Source: an uncultured Alphaproteobacteria bacterium
GTDB lineage: Bacteria; Pseudomonadota; Alphaproteobacteria; Paracaedibacterales; CAITNM01
Direction of reading: 5' to 3'
Length of the DNA stretch: 64,000 nucleotides
Assembly: GCA_903893805.1 (NCBI GenBank)
Contig: CAITNM010000026.1
Location: 69,664-133,663, forward strand
In this document: one piece after another, positions 26,305 through 36,582 of the stretch
Numbering within the stretch: position 1 is the first letter of the stretch
How the letters are laid out: every line of letters begins with the position of its first letter
Notes under the pieces: model-generated
What the model saw: only the letters and a program-made list of their open reading frames with translations
What the model was told of the DNA's origin: nothing
The model's database searches: none
Made by a program: the position numbers and the translations under genes

Positions 26305-28024
26305 TACTAAGGGATGTTAGCTGCATCAGCTCCCCCATTTGTTGGGCTCCTTCTTCTTTGAAATCAGATTTAACACCAAGTAAAGGAGCTATGCGCTCAA
26401 TAATTTTTCCGGCTGTTGGCGTCACATTCCAACCGGCAGTCGCATATCCATAAGTTCCTTGTGCTGGTTTGGGATCGTCTAACATAACAATCATTATGTA
26501 TTTAGGATCATTTGCCGGGAATCCGCCAATAAAGGAAGTCGTGCGGTGACGATCTGCATCTGACCCGTATCCACCAAATTTTCCTTTATTTTGATAAGCT
26601 GTGCCTGTCTTAGCAAATACTTGATAACCATCAATATTTGCTTTTTTTGCAGTTCCTTCACATACAATCGTACGCATCATTTGACGAATTGCTTTCGATG
26701 TTTTTTCACTAACGCATGGATTTTTTGAAAATGACTGTGTTCTTTCGTGACGATTTGCAGCTGGAACAAATCTTAGTGTCGGTGTTGGTCTGCAACCGTT
26801 ATTAACAATTCCTGCCATTGCACACAGAGAATGTAGCGGAGTTACTGCAATACCATATCCAAAAGAAACTGACATCATTGCTGTTTCACGCCAATCTTTC
26901 GGAGTTAAAGAGTTTCCAAGTTCAGGTATTTCTAAACTTAGCGAAGTTAATACACCAAATTGCCCCATAAAATGCTTTTGCACTTCTGGACCAAATCTTT
27001 GAGAAATTTTAATCGCAGCAATGTTTGATGAATGGACAAGAGCTTCTACAAGTGTAAGAGGACGATTTTGACCCTTAAAATCAGTAATTTTGAAACGGCC
27101 AATGTGAACTGGATTCGTGGCATCAAAAATTGAAGTTAGGGTGGAAGTTCCTGTTTCAAGCGCAATAGCGGCATTAAGAATTTTAAATGTTGACCCTTGT
27201 TCATACACCCCTAATGTATTGCGATTGAATCCACATTCAAGATTTTTCATTTGACGATTAGGGTCATAATCAGGAAGAGAAACCATAGCGATAATCTCTC
27301 CAGTTTTCACGTCCATAACCATAGCATTTGCTGCAACTGCTTTGAATTGCTCTATAGCAGAAACTAATTCATTATGAACTGCGTGTTGCACACGAAGATC
27401 CAAAGATAATTTTAAATCACCTTCTTTTGTAGTCAACATGACATCAAAAGATTGTTCAATGCCACTCACGCCATAACCATCAATATCGCAGCGCCCAATT
27501 ACGTGACAGGCTAAAGTGCCATGAGGATAAACACGTTTTTGATCGGGCTGTAAGTATATTCCAGGAATCCCAAGAGAATGCACAGCTTCTTGCATTTTAG
27601 GAGATGCATGCCGCTCAATCCAAACAAATCCCTGGTTAGATTGCAGTTTTTGCAGCACATTTTCATATCTTAAATGAGGGAAAAGTTTACACAGTTTATC
27701 AGCGGCTTCTTTAGCATCGATAATTACTTTTGGATTAGCATATACAGACGCTGTAACTAGCTGAGTAGCTAAAATTATCCCGTTTCTATCAACAATGTTT
27801 TGGCGAAGTTGACATTCTTGTTGTTGGCAGCCTGTAATGCAAGTGGGGGTTCTAATAACCATCACATCCACTAATCGTATGGTGATTGCTAGAAAAGCTA
27901 CACAGGCTATTGCGGTAGCGCTAAGTGTGCGTTGACGTGCTGTGTGCAATAATTCTTGATGCTGAGAAAATCTCCAGCCACTGAGATGTCGCCACAAGCT
28001 TTTGATCATGACCTTAGGCTGCAT
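26285..28024 (-). CDS. ftsI: Penicillin-binding protein 3 / peptidoglycan D,D-transpeptidase FtsI
   Basis: N-terminal TM segment; STFK, SSN and KTGT motifs; dcw cluster position. Confidence 0.9.
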   Translation of the reverse strand: MQPKVMIKSLWRHLSGWRFSQHQELLHTARQRTLSATAIACVAFLAITIRLVDVMVIRTPTCITGCQQQECQLRQNIVDRNGIILATQLVTASVYANPKVIIDAKEAADKLCKLFPHLRYENVLQKLQSNQGFVWIERHASPKMQEAVHSLGIPGIYLQPDQKRVYPHGTLACHVIGRCDIDGYGVSGIEQSFDVMLTTKEGDLKLSLDLRVQHAVHNELVSAIEQFKAVAANAMVMDVKTGEIIAMVSLPDYDPNRQMKNLECGFNRNTLGVYEQGSTFKILNAAIALETGTSTLTSIFDATNPVHIGRFKITDFKGQNRPLTLVEALVHSSNIAAIKISQRFGPEVQKHFMGQFGVLTSLSLEIPELGNSLTPKDWRETAMMSVSFGYGIAVTPLHSLCAMAGIVNNGCRPTPTLRFVPAANRHERTQSFSKNPCVSEKTSKAIRQMMRTIVCEGTAKKANIDGYQVFAKTGTAYQNKGKFGGYGSDADRHRTTSFIGGFPANDPKYIMIVMLDDPKPAQGTYGYATAGWNVTPTAGKIIERIAPLLGVKSDFKEEGAQQMGELMQLTSLSNEAGDQ

Positions 28025-28409
28025 GATGAACCTCTTGTGATGAAGCTTTTATTGAAGCAGTTTCTTGTTGGGGTGTTACAGCATTGACGGCATCCATTAA
28101 CGCTTCAATAGGGTCTTGTGATACTTTTACTTCTTTCGTTTGCCTAGGCAATTCGCCAATGGTAACAATTTGATTTGGTTTCAGAGCACTAAAGTTAAGG
28201 TGAGTTATAGCGAGCTTTTGCAAACGTGCTGGGTCATTAAGGTGGGTTAATTCAGCCTTTAAAACATGAATAGATTCTTTAGTTTCAGAAATACTTTTGA
28301 CAACCTGCTTATGGCTTTTTTCTAAGGCCATAACCTGGTACTTCACCCGGAATAGCCCAAGACCAACACAAAATGCCATGAGAGCCAAAAAAAACTGAGA
28401 TCTTCGCAT
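28014..28409 (-). CDS. ftsL: Cell division protein FtsL-like
   Basis: Small bitopic protein (TM plus coiled coil) located between rsmH and ftsI. Confidence 0.7.
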   Translation of the reverse strand: MRRSQFFLALMAFCVGLGLFRVKYQVMALEKSHKQVVKSISETKESIHVLKAELTHLNDPARLQKLAITHLNFSALKPNQIVTIGELPRQTKEVKVSQDPIEALMDAVNAVTPQQETASIKASSQEVHHAA

Positions 28410-29308
28410 TAGCGCTTAACCTCTTTAACGAAACCACGCAATTTACCTGAACGACAACGAGGGTTTGACCTAATTTCTCCTAAAGAAGGAGCAATAGCTT
28501 TACGATTGATAGAAGAGTACGTGCACAGTAAATCCTGATGGTTGAATGCCATCTTGCTGTGATTTTTTACCAGACGATCTTCTAATGCGTGAAATGCTAC
28601 CGTGATGAGCCGACCCCCTATCGGCAAAAGCTGATTGCTCAGCTGTAAAGCACGCTCTATCTCTATTAACTCATTATTCACAAAAATACGCAAGCCTTGA
28701 AATGCAAGGGTTGCAGGGTCAAAACCATCTTGACCTGGCACAATTTTTCTGATCAACGTGGCTAGGTCTTGTGTTGTTTCAAATGGCTTCGTTATTCTGG
28801 CTGCAATAATTGCTTTTGCAATTTGTCTAGATCTGGGTTCTTCCCCATATACATATAAAATTTCGGCAATATCTTTTTCTTTGAATGTATTAACAACCTC
28901 TGCGGCGGTGTATGTAGAACCCACCCCCATGCGCATATCAAGGGGGCCATTTTGACGGAAAGAAAATCCTCGATGAGCTTCATCGACCTGATAGCTTGAG
29001 ATACCAAAGTCAAAAACAATGCCATCCATTGATTCTGGACTTAAGTATTTGTCCATTTCACTGAAACAGCTATGAATAATCTCAAAACGATCACCAAATT
29101 CTTGGCTGAAAAATTGTGCACGTTTTACAGCATCACTATCTCGATCGAATGCAATAACCTTAGCAGCACCCTTGTTTAAAATAGCACGCGTGTATCCTCC
29201 ACCACCGAAAGTACCATCCACATAGATTTTTCCAGGGGATGGGTTTAGGGTTTCAATCATTTCCTTGCAAAGTACAGGAATGTGGTTTGGTTGAAGATCA
29301 ATTGCCAT
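28409..29308 (-). CDS. rsmH: 16S rRNA (cytosine1402-N4)-methyltransferase
   Basis: HIPVL...YVDGTFGGGGY...DFGISSYQVD. Confidence 0.9.
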   Translation of the reverse strand: MAIDLQPNHIPVLCKEMIETLNPSPGKIYVDGTFGGGGYTRAILNKGAAKVIAFDRDSDAVKRAQFFSQEFGDRFEIIHSCFSEMDKYLSPESMDGIVFDFGISSYQVDEAHRGFSFRQNGPLDMRMGVGSTYTAAEVVNTFKEKDIAEILYVYGEEPRSRQIAKAIIAARITKPFETTQDLATLIRKIVPGQDGFDPATLAFQGLRIFVNNELIEIERALQLSNQLLPIGGRLITVAFHALEDRLVKNHSKMAFNHQDLLCTYSSINRKAIAPSLGEIRSNPRCRSGKLRGFVKEVKR

Positions 29309-29429
29309 TGGGCTTTTAAGTATAGTTTCTATTGCATGTTGTAGGATTCACGGGTAGCATAAGTAAAGGATTTCGTCAATATTATTGTTGTTTAAAAGAA
29401 ATTTTTAATATTTTTTTATTGAAATCGCT

Positions 29430-31292
29430 ATGCAGCCCAATACCGAAGAAAAACCACCAGTGGATACTCTAACTTCTTTGGAAGTCGGGGTAAATATCAT
29501 TAAAGATGTGGTAAAAACACTGCCTAATAAACCCGGGGTTTATCGGATGCTTAGTGCTTCTTTGAAAGTGCTATACATTGGTAAGGCCAAAGACTTGAAA
29601 AAGCGGGTGGTTTCTTATTCTCATGTGGACAGGCTTCCTAATCGTCTTAAGCGTATGGTTAGTGAGCTTCGGGCAATAGAAATTGTTACGACCTCAACAG
29701 AAGTAGAAGCGTTACTTTTAGAGAGCAACCTGATTAAAAAGTTGCAGCCTAGGTATAATGTTTTACTAAAAGATGATAAGTCTTTTCCTTATGTATTGTT
29801 AACGGCACACGATTATCCTCGAGTCCTTAAACATCGAGGTCCCAAAACGGAAAAAGGGACGTATTTTGGTCCGTTTGCGAATGCAGCTGCAGTTGAAGAA
29901 ACTATCCTAACAATGCAGAGATTATTTCAAATGAGAAACTGTTCGGATAGCTATTTTGAAAACCGAAATCGCCCGTGTTTACAGTATCACATTAAGCGAT
30001 GTACAGCTCCGTGCGTTGGAAAAATATCTGTTGGCGAGTATAAAGAATCAGTGCAGTCTGCTAAGGCATTTTTAACAGGGAAAAGCGATACAGTTCAACG
30101 GCAGTTAGCTGAAAAAATGCACGAGGCTTCAGAAATATTGGATTTTGAAAGAGCAGCTCAGTATCGTGACAGCATTCGTTTGCTTACACAAATTCAGGCG
30201 CGTCAACGGATTAATGTGGCAGGTGTTGACCATGCAGATGTGTTCGCCCTGGCACAGCTGAGTGGACGCACAGTTGTGCAAGGTTTCTTTTTTCGTCACG
30301 GCCATAATTATGGCACAGAAACTTTTGAGATGGCGCATACAGAAGGAGCAACTCAAGAAGAGCAAATGATTGCTTTTCTTAGTCAGTTTTACGTTGAGCA
30401 CGAGCCGCCTGTGATGATTCTTTGCAACCTTCTTCCAGAAGATGTTGAAGTGCTCAGCATGAGCTTGTATCAGCAATATGGGATAAAAGTAACGATAGAG
30501 TGCCCTCAAAACGGAGTAAAACTAGACTTGGTCGAGCATGCGCTTAAGAATGCAAAAGAACATCTTGAAAGGCGTTACAACAGCGAGCTAACTCACCAGA
30601 AGCAATTTGGGTTTTTTCAAGAATTTCTAAACATTCCAAGCATTGATTCCGTTGAGGTTTATGACAACAGTCATTTGCAAGGATCTTCTGCTTATGGAGT
30701 ATTAATTTGCGCAACTCGAAAAGGCTTTGATAAATCTCGTTATCGTAAATTTTCAATTCGAGAAATGAAGAAAGATTTTGGTGGTGATGATATTGCGATG
30801 ATGCGTGAAGTGATGAGTCGACGGCTAAGCCATAAAGACGAATGGCCACTGCCAGATGTATTGCTTATTGATGGTGGACAAGCGCAGGTCAATGCAGTGG
30901 CTGCAATTCTTGAAGAACATAACATTGAATTGCCAGTTGCTGGGATTGCTAAAGGAGCAGTTCGTAATGCGGGTGATGAAACTTTTTATTTTCCTAATCA
31001 GTCATCTCGAAAATTGCCCAAGGACAGCCCTTTGTTATATTTTTTGCAAGTTATTCGCGATGAATCACATCGATTTGCCATAGGTACCCATCGTGCTGGA
31101 CGACAAAAAATTCTTGTGAAGTCTCAGCTTGATGATATTCCAGGTATTGGCGCTAAGCGTAAGAAAATGCTGCTGCAACATTTTGGATCAGCTGCAGGAG
31201 TCGGACGTGCAAGTGTTGACGACTTGATGAATATATCAGGAATTAATCGCTTGGTAGCAGAGAAAATTTACTATTTTTTTCATCAAAGCTGA
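29430..31292 (+). CDS. uvrC: Excinuclease ABC subunit C
   Basis: N-terminal GIY-YIG (GVYRML...LYIGKAKDLKKRV), UVR domain and C-terminal HhH. Confidence 0.95.
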   Translation: MQPNTEEKPPVDTLTSLEVGVNIIKDVVKTLPNKPGVYRMLSASLKVLYIGKAKDLKKRVVSYSHVDRLPNRLKRMVSELRAIEIVTTSTEVEALLLESNLIKKLQPRYNVLLKDDKSFPYVLLTAHDYPRVLKHRGPKTEKGTYFGPFANAAAVEETILTMQRLFQMRNCSDSYFENRNRPCLQYHIKRCTAPCVGKISVGEYKESVQSAKAFLTGKSDTVQRQLAEKMHEASEILDFERAAQYRDSIRLLTQIQARQRINVAGVDHADVFALAQLSGRTVVQGFFFRHGHNYGTETFEMAHTEGATQEEQMIAFLSQFYVEHEPPVMILCNLLPEDVEVLSMSLYQQYGIKVTIECPQNGVKLDLVEHALKNAKEHLERRYNSELTHQKQFGFFQEFLNIPSIDSVEVYDNSHLQGSSAYGVLICATRKGFDKSRYRKFSIREMKKDFGGDDIAMMREVMSRRLSHKDEWPLPDVLLIDGGQAQVNAVAAILEEHNIELPVAGIAKGAVRNAGDETFYFPNQSSRKLPKDSPLLYFLQVIRDESHRFAIGTHRAGRQKILVKSQLDDIPGIGAKRKKMLLQHFGSAAGVGRASVDDLMNISGINRLVAEKIYYFFHQS

Positions 31293-31532
31293 AGACTGAT
31301 TAAATCACTGAACGTAATAATATTACTTTATTTTCATATTATTTATAAAATTAATGCAATATTAAAGTTTTTTGCACCAAAATAAAGATGTAAAAAACAT
31401 TTTAAAATAAAGTGACTTTGAAACTTCTCTTTTTTAGAGAGTTCTTAGCAAAGGAAGTAAATTGACTATCAAGTATTGCTAAGTTGTCATCTTCAAAAGT
31501 GTCGTTAGAGCCCCTTTATTTGAGGAGGCCAC

Positions 31533-33083
31533 ATGATTAGCCCAAATCTTAAATTAATTTTTATCTGCACGCTGTTAGCATCATCAAGAGTTATTTCAAT
31601 GGATAGTGGTATAATGCCACCAGATGACTCATCTACTGCAGTACCAAGAAATGGCAGCATTGCATCAGCAACAGATGACCCTTTTGGAAAATTAATGAGA
31701 ACGTTAAATTTTTTGAGCGTGTCCAAGGGAAAGATTGAGCCATGGAAAAATGCTATTTCTGCATATCAGCAATCATTATCTGATAATGCAGAAATATCAA
31801 CATTAGCAAGCATAAGAGAAAGAATTCTAGGAGAACCTTTAGCAAAGCGTAAAATGGCGATGGTTAACAGAGCGTTCAGTAGTTTGACAAATGACTCTAC
31901 TGCTCCGGTGGCTTTTACTCCCAAGCCTTGTGCTCCTATGCAAATTATTGTATTTCAAACTCCCGCAACGAGAGAAAGACCTGCACTCAGTAGTGAAACA
32001 CGAAAACGTGTTACAGCAAAACCTCCTATACTTTCAAGTGTAATGGAGGGAAGAGATTCCCTTGTTGGTAAAGAAGCTATTCCTGCACAGGCCATTAAGG
32101 CGCATATGATGAATTTTATTGCTGGGCAAGATACTGCTCTTGAAGCGCTTAGCTTTTTAGCACATCGCTTTTTGTGTAATAAATTATTGCTTGATAGGGA
32201 CGGTATGCCTGCTAGTAAACCATCACACTGCATATTAACGGGTCCAACAGGATGTGGAAAAAGTGAGAGTCTTAAGCAATTGGGGCTATTTTTAGGTGTG
32301 CCTATCCTGAATATTAATGCACGAAGCCTAACTGATGAAGGATTTAAAGGGCAAAATTTCAGCGAATGTGTTTCTAGTTTTTGTGAAGAAAACGGAAATC
32401 CAAAATCGGCCATTATTGCAATCGATGAAATTGATAAGCTTGCAGCACGAGGAGATGATGAAGCACGAAATTTTGGTAGAGCAGTTCAACGTGTTCTGTT
32501 ATCGCCTTTAGACGGTAATTCTATTTCATTAAAAAGAAAACGATTTGATCTTACAAATTGGTGGTTTATTGGAACGGGTGCTTTTTCTGATTTGAAAGGT
32601 CGACATGACGTAGAAGGGGAGCGCACATCAACGGCTAGAACTCAACAAGATATTATTAGTGCTGGTTTTGAACCTGAATTCGTTGGTCGTTTTCCTTCAG
32701 TTATTGCCTTCAAAGGTCACACAATTGCGACAATGATGGACGTCATTGAGCGTGATGGATCTCCCTTAAGGAAAATACAAAATGAATTTAAGCGTTTTTA
32801 TGGGGTAAATCTTACTGTTGAAGCGGCAGCCTTACGACGTCTAGCGTCCACAAGCATCGAAATAAATCTTGGAGTAAGAAGCTTAGACACAATTCTAAAC
32901 ATGGCATTGCAACCTTTTTATGGACAAGCAATGGAGCTAATAGCAGTAGAGGGCGAGACATCATTAGTTGCAACTTTAAAGGATATTATGCCTGCTATTG
33001 AGCAATTTAAGAAAGATAATAAAGAAGCTCCTAAAGATCGTTTTGCAGGAATGTCAGAAGAGGTAAGAAGAATGTGGATCTAG
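31533..33083 (+). CDS. Orphan ClpX-like AAA+ ATPase with a novel ~210-aa N-terminal region; no zinc-binding domain, no IGF loop
   Basis: SD GAGGAGG. GPTGCGKS, pore-loop position EGFKGQN (ClpX has AGYVGED), IIAIDEIDKL, FIGTGAF and PEFVGRFP. Hydrophobic N-terminus LKLIFICTLLASS. Confidence 0.75.
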   Translation: MISPNLKLIFICTLLASSRVISMDSGIMPPDDSSTAVPRNGSIASATDDPFGKLMRTLNFLSVSKGKIEPWKNAISAYQQSLSDNAEISTLASIRERILGEPLAKRKMAMVNRAFSSLTNDSTAPVAFTPKPCAPMQIIVFQTPATRERPALSSETRKRVTAKPPILSSVMEGRDSLVGKEAIPAQAIKAHMMNFIAGQDTALEALSFLAHRFLCNKLLLDRDGMPASKPSHCILTGPTGCGKSESLKQLGLFLGVPILNINARSLTDEGFKGQNFSECVSSFCEENGNPKSAIIAIDEIDKLAARGDDEARNFGRAVQRVLLSPLDGNSISLKRKRFDLTNWWFIGTGAFSDLKGRHDVEGERTSTARTQQDIISAGFEPEFVGRFPSVIAFKGHTIATMMDVIERDGSPLRKIQNEFKRFYGVNLTVEAAALRRLASTSIEINLGVRSLDTILNMALQPFYGQAMELIAVEGETSLVATLKDIMPAIEQFKKDNKEAPKDRFAGMSEEVRRMWI

Positions 33084-33095
33084 AAAAAACTATAC

Positions 33096-33869
33096 TTACT
33101 TGGCGCTTATTTTTATAAGCGCCATTGTAATTGCAGACACACAAACAATTGCGGGACCTGTAGGCAAATCAAAATAGAGACTTGCGCCAATACCGATTAA
33201 ACTTGAAAAGCAGCTAATCAGTATGGCTGATGTAATCATTTCAGATGGCGTTTTTGAGCGATATCTAGCAGCAGCTGCTGGAATAATTGTAAGTGCTGGC
33301 GCAAATAATGCCCCTAACATTTTCATGACAATTCCCATAATTATTGCATACGAAACAAGCACCATTAGACGTATTATTTTTGATGGAAATCCTTGAACTT
33401 TTGCAAGATCAGCATCAAAGCTTGTCATTAAAATTGCTGACCAATATTTAGCAACAAACCCCCATAAAGCGAGAAGTGCTGCAACAAGAAGAACAATATC
33501 AGACAAGCTGGTACTAAGTAAATCACCAAACAGCAATGTATTTGGGTCAAGGTTTGCTCTTGGAAACAGTGAAATAATTAATATGCTGAAAGAAAGGCAA
33601 CTGTACGAAATAACAGCCAATGATACATCACTTTGTTTTGATGATTTGTGTGCAACAAAATATGCAATGCATAAACATACTAAAATGGCACCAAGGGCAT
33701 ATGGTACTTGTAAAAGTATGCTGAAGCACACACCCAGTAGTGAAGCGTGGGCCAACGTATCTCCAAAGAAAGCAAGTCCATTCCAAAGACCTATGCAGCC
33801 CAAAGGTGCAGTAATTAAACTGGCTAAAAGCGCAGAAACAATTATGAAAATTACGAATGAATCAATCAT
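33096..33869 (-). CDS. znuB: Zinc/manganese ABC transporter permease (ABC-3 family, ZnuB-like)
   Basis: FFGDTLAHASLLGV motif, multi-TM. Start taken at MIDSF (33869); the track start at 33905 is also possible. Confidence 0.8.
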   Translation of the reverse strand: MIDSFVIFIIVSALLASLITAPLGCIGLWNGLAFFGDTLAHASLLGVCFSILLQVPYALGAILVCLCIAYFVAHKSSKQSDVSLAVISYSCLSFSILIISLFPRANLDPNTLLFGDLLSTSLSDIVLLVAALLALWGFVAKYWSAILMTSFDADLAKVQGFPSKIIRLMVLVSYAIIMGIVMKMLGALFAPALTIIPAAAARYRSKTPSEMITSAILISCFSSLIGIGASLYFDLPTGPAIVCVSAITMALIKISAK

Positions 33870-34551
33870 AATGGTGATGATCGTGACGATGTTGATACGG
33901 AGCAAAACCAGGGAATAGTTTTTGCACTTCTTGGACCTGACGTACTTTTTCAGGTGTTCCTTGGCAGCAAACGTGATGATTCAAACAAATCACATGATCT
34001 GTGCAATCAAACACAAAATGCAAATCATGAGAAATAAGCACAATAGCCATATTGTATTCATTTTTCAGTTCTATCAGCTTGCTGTAAAATGCAGACTGCC
34101 CATCGGCATCAATTCCTTGCGTGGGCTCGTCTAAAATTAGGACATCTGGTCTTTTCAAAACAGCGGCATTAAAAAGAACCTTTTGCAATTCCCCGCCCGA
34201 TAAAGCATGAATTGATCTATTCATTAAAAGAGAAATATCAAATGGGTATTCAATTTTTTGTTGCCCGCATAGACTTAGAAATGTCCGCACCGTCATTGGC
34301 ATAAACCGATTCGCATGAAGCTTTTGTGGAACATATCCCATTTGTATATTTTTTTTTCGGTTAATAGAACCAGCAGTGGGTTCAATTAGTCCCAAAATCA
34401 GTCGCACCAGAGTGGTTTTGCCAGCGCCGTTTGGGCCAATTATTGTTGTGACGCTATTTGGCGAAATGCCAAAATTGATATCATGCAATAAAGTTTTGCT
34501 TTGTGATTCTTGTTTAAGAGTATATTCAACGGACTTTAATGAAATTAACAT
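33862..34551 (-). CDS. znuC: Zinc ABC transporter ATP-binding protein ZnuC-like
   Basis: GPNGAGKTT, LSGGELQ, ILDEPTQGID and His-rich tail HRHDHHHYD. Start taken at MLISLK, which forms a TAATG overlap with the mraY stop; the track start is 34608. Confidence 0.8.
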   Translation of the reverse strand: MLISLKSVEYTLKQESQSKTLLHDINFGISPNSVTTIIGPNGAGKTTLVRLILGLIEPTAGSINRKKNIQMGYVPQKLHANRFMPMTVRTFLSLCGQQKIEYPFDISLLMNRSIHALSGGELQKVLFNAAVLKRPDVLILDEPTQGIDADGQSAFYSKLIELKNEYNMAIVLISHDLHFVFDCTDHVICLNHHVCCQGTPEKVRQVQEVQKLFPGFAPYQHRHDHHHYD

Positions 34552-35639
34552 TAGCGAATTTTCAATGTTGCAAGACCAACTAAGGCGAGAATAGATGCAA
34601 TAATCCAAAAACGTATAACGACGGTAGATTCAGCCCATCCCAATTTTTCAAAATGATGATGAATAGGAGCCATTAGAAAAATACGTTTTTTTGTAAGTTT
34701 GTAGTATACAACTTGCAAAATGACAGACACAGCTTCTAACACAAACAAACCACCAATAATACACAATACAAATTCATGTTTTGTGATCAACGCAATGGTG
34801 CCTAATGCGCCTCCAGCAGCAAGTGATCCCGTATCTCCCATAAATACTTTTGCAGGAGGCGCGTTAAACCATAAAAAGCCCAATCCTGCACCAATAAGAC
34901 TGCCTAAAAAGATGCATACTTCTCCGACATTTGCCACATAATGTAGTTGTAGATAAGGCGCAAAAATGTGGTTGCCCACAAGGTAAGCAATAATTGTAAA
35001 ACACACAGAACATATCATCACCGGGACAATCGCTAGCCCATCAAGCCCATCGGTTAAGTTAACAGCATTTGATGATCCTACAATCACAAGCACAGCCCAC
35101 GGATAAAAAAACCAACTTAAGTTAACAATGAAATCTTTGAAAAAAGGAAATGTTAAGCTATGCGAAAGGCTTGCATCTGTATAATGAGCTGATGCATATG
35201 CAACAATTATTGCGAGTGTGGTCTGTCCAAGCAATTTTGTTTTTCCCGAAATTCCATGATGGGAATTTTTAGTGAGTTTTTTGTAATCATCCATGGCACC
35301 TAGAGCTCCAAATCCAAGAGTAACAAGTAGCACTATCCATAAAAATGCATTTGCCAAATCTCCCCATACCAAAGTACTTATAGAAACAGCGAGTAAAATC
35401 AAACACCCTCCCATAGTAGGGGTTCCTTTTTTTGTCACAAGATGAGATTCAGGACCATCGCTACGAATAGGCTGGCCTTGTTTTTGCTTTGACTTAAGCC
35501 AGGCAATAATAGGTTTCCCCAAACAAAAGCTAATTATTAAAGCGGTTAAAATGGCTCCCATAGTGCGAAAAGTAATATATCGCAGAAGGTTGAAAACCTT
35601 AAAATCACCAAAAATATGAAGACAGAAAAATTGTAACAT
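34551..35639 (-). CDS. mraY: Phospho-N-acetylmuramoyl-pentapeptide transferase
   Basis: [18 protein letters not shown] and [12 protein letters not shown]-like motifs; 10-TM profile. Confidence 0.95.
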   Translation of the reverse strand: MLQFFCLHIFGDFKVFNLLRYITFRTMGAILTALIISFCLGKPIIAWLKSKQKQGQPIRSDGPESHLVTKKGTPTMGGCLILLAVSISTLVWGDLANAFLWIVLLVTLGFGALGAMDDYKKLTKNSHHGISGKTKLLGQTTLAIIVAYASAHYTDASLSHSLTFPFFKDFIVNLSWFFYPWAVLVIVGSSNAVNLTDGLDGLAIVPVMICSVCFTIIAYLVGNHIFAPYLQLHYVANVGEVCIFLGSLIGAGLGFLWFNAPPAKVFMGDTGSLAAGGALGTIALITKHEFVLCIIGGLFVLEAVSVILQVVYYKLTKKRIFLMAPIHHHFEKLGWAESTVVIRFWIIASILALVGLATLKIR

Positions 35640-35643
35640 TGCG

Positions 35644-36579
35644 CTAACTATGTCGGTTGGTTGTTATTGAGTGATTGAAAGAAAGGCTTTTATACTCTTT
35701 GGACAGAAAACCGCGTTGCCATTCAATTCCAGAAATTCGGTCTGCAGGCATCTGTGAGTTTTTACCATGCACAATAGTTGCTTCGTTAGGAAAAAATGTT
35801 AATACAAAGTTCGCATACATTTCATATTCTGAAAAGACCTGACTAGAAATTTCAGGGGTATTTAAAACATCCTGCCATGGTTTGTCATGCAATTTTTCTA
35901 GCCTATTTTTCATGGCTTTGAGCTTTGATTTGTCAAAAAACATATGCTGACTATTGAAATCAAGATTGTAATATTTTTCAAGTTTTAATACTGATTCGAC
36001 CATAAGCTTGCAGTCTAACACATACTTATTACAGACATTGAAAACAGCTTTATCTTCCCGAAGAAATATTTGAGTTTGCAACAAAACTGTATCGGCATCA
36101 ATCACTAGGTAATAATCTGAGGTAATGACGGTATCTGCGTTCAGCTTAATGAGCTGTTGTTTTAAATATCCTGACAAATCGTTGCTTCGAGCAAGTTGGG
36201 GAATAACTTTTGTTTCTTCCACAAACTCGCAGCCTTTTTCTAAGGCTACATTCCTTAACTTTTCAGACTCTGGGCAAATTAAATAAATTTTATTGATAGG
36301 GTGCATTATCAACCCTTTCGCAGCATCAATTGCATGACGAATTGTTGGTAAATCTTTTTCAATGCACAAAAAAACAACGTCAATTTTAGTCTGACATAAC
36401 GGAACATGGTTGTTAGAATAGCGGTCTCTTTTAAAAGACAAAAGCTTCATGAAAAGCTTTCTTTTGTAAATATGCCACTTTGTATCTTCAATCGGTAACT
36501 CTTCAGGTGTTGTTATAAGCCAAACACTTAAAATTGTTATGGAAATCAGCAGTGATAGTAAAGCCAAAAAGCGCTTCAT
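35644..36579 (-). CDS. Membrane-anchored GT-A-like putative glycosyltransferase (DUF6492-like), paralog B
   Basis: N-terminal TM segment; [11 protein letters not shown]...; [14 protein letters not shown]...[10 protein letters not shown] (DxD). Full-length paralog of 36583..37524. Confidence 0.5.
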   Translation of the reverse strand: MKRFLALLSLLISITILSVWLITTPEELPIEDTKWHIYKRKLFMKLLSFKRDRYSNNHVPLCQTKIDVVFLCIEKDLPTIRHAIDAAKGLIMHPINKIYLICPESEKLRNVALEKGCEFVEETKVIPQLARSNDLSGYLKQQLIKLNADTVITSDYYLVIDADTVLLQTQIFLREDKAVFNVCNKYVLDCKLMVESVLKLEKYYNLDFNSQHMFFDKSKLKAMKNRLEKLHDKPWQDVLNTPEISSQVFSEYEMYANFVLTFFPNEATIVHGKNSQMPADRISGIEWQRGFLSKEYKSLSFNHSITTNRHS

Positions 36580-36582
36580 ATA

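Noticed and set aside
31955-32413. 152-aa ORF antisense to the ClpX-like gene; also 33583..33918 antisense to znuB and 58340..58678 antisense to ruvA
   Set aside because: All three are nested antisense to genes with unambiguous motifs and are likely chance open frames.
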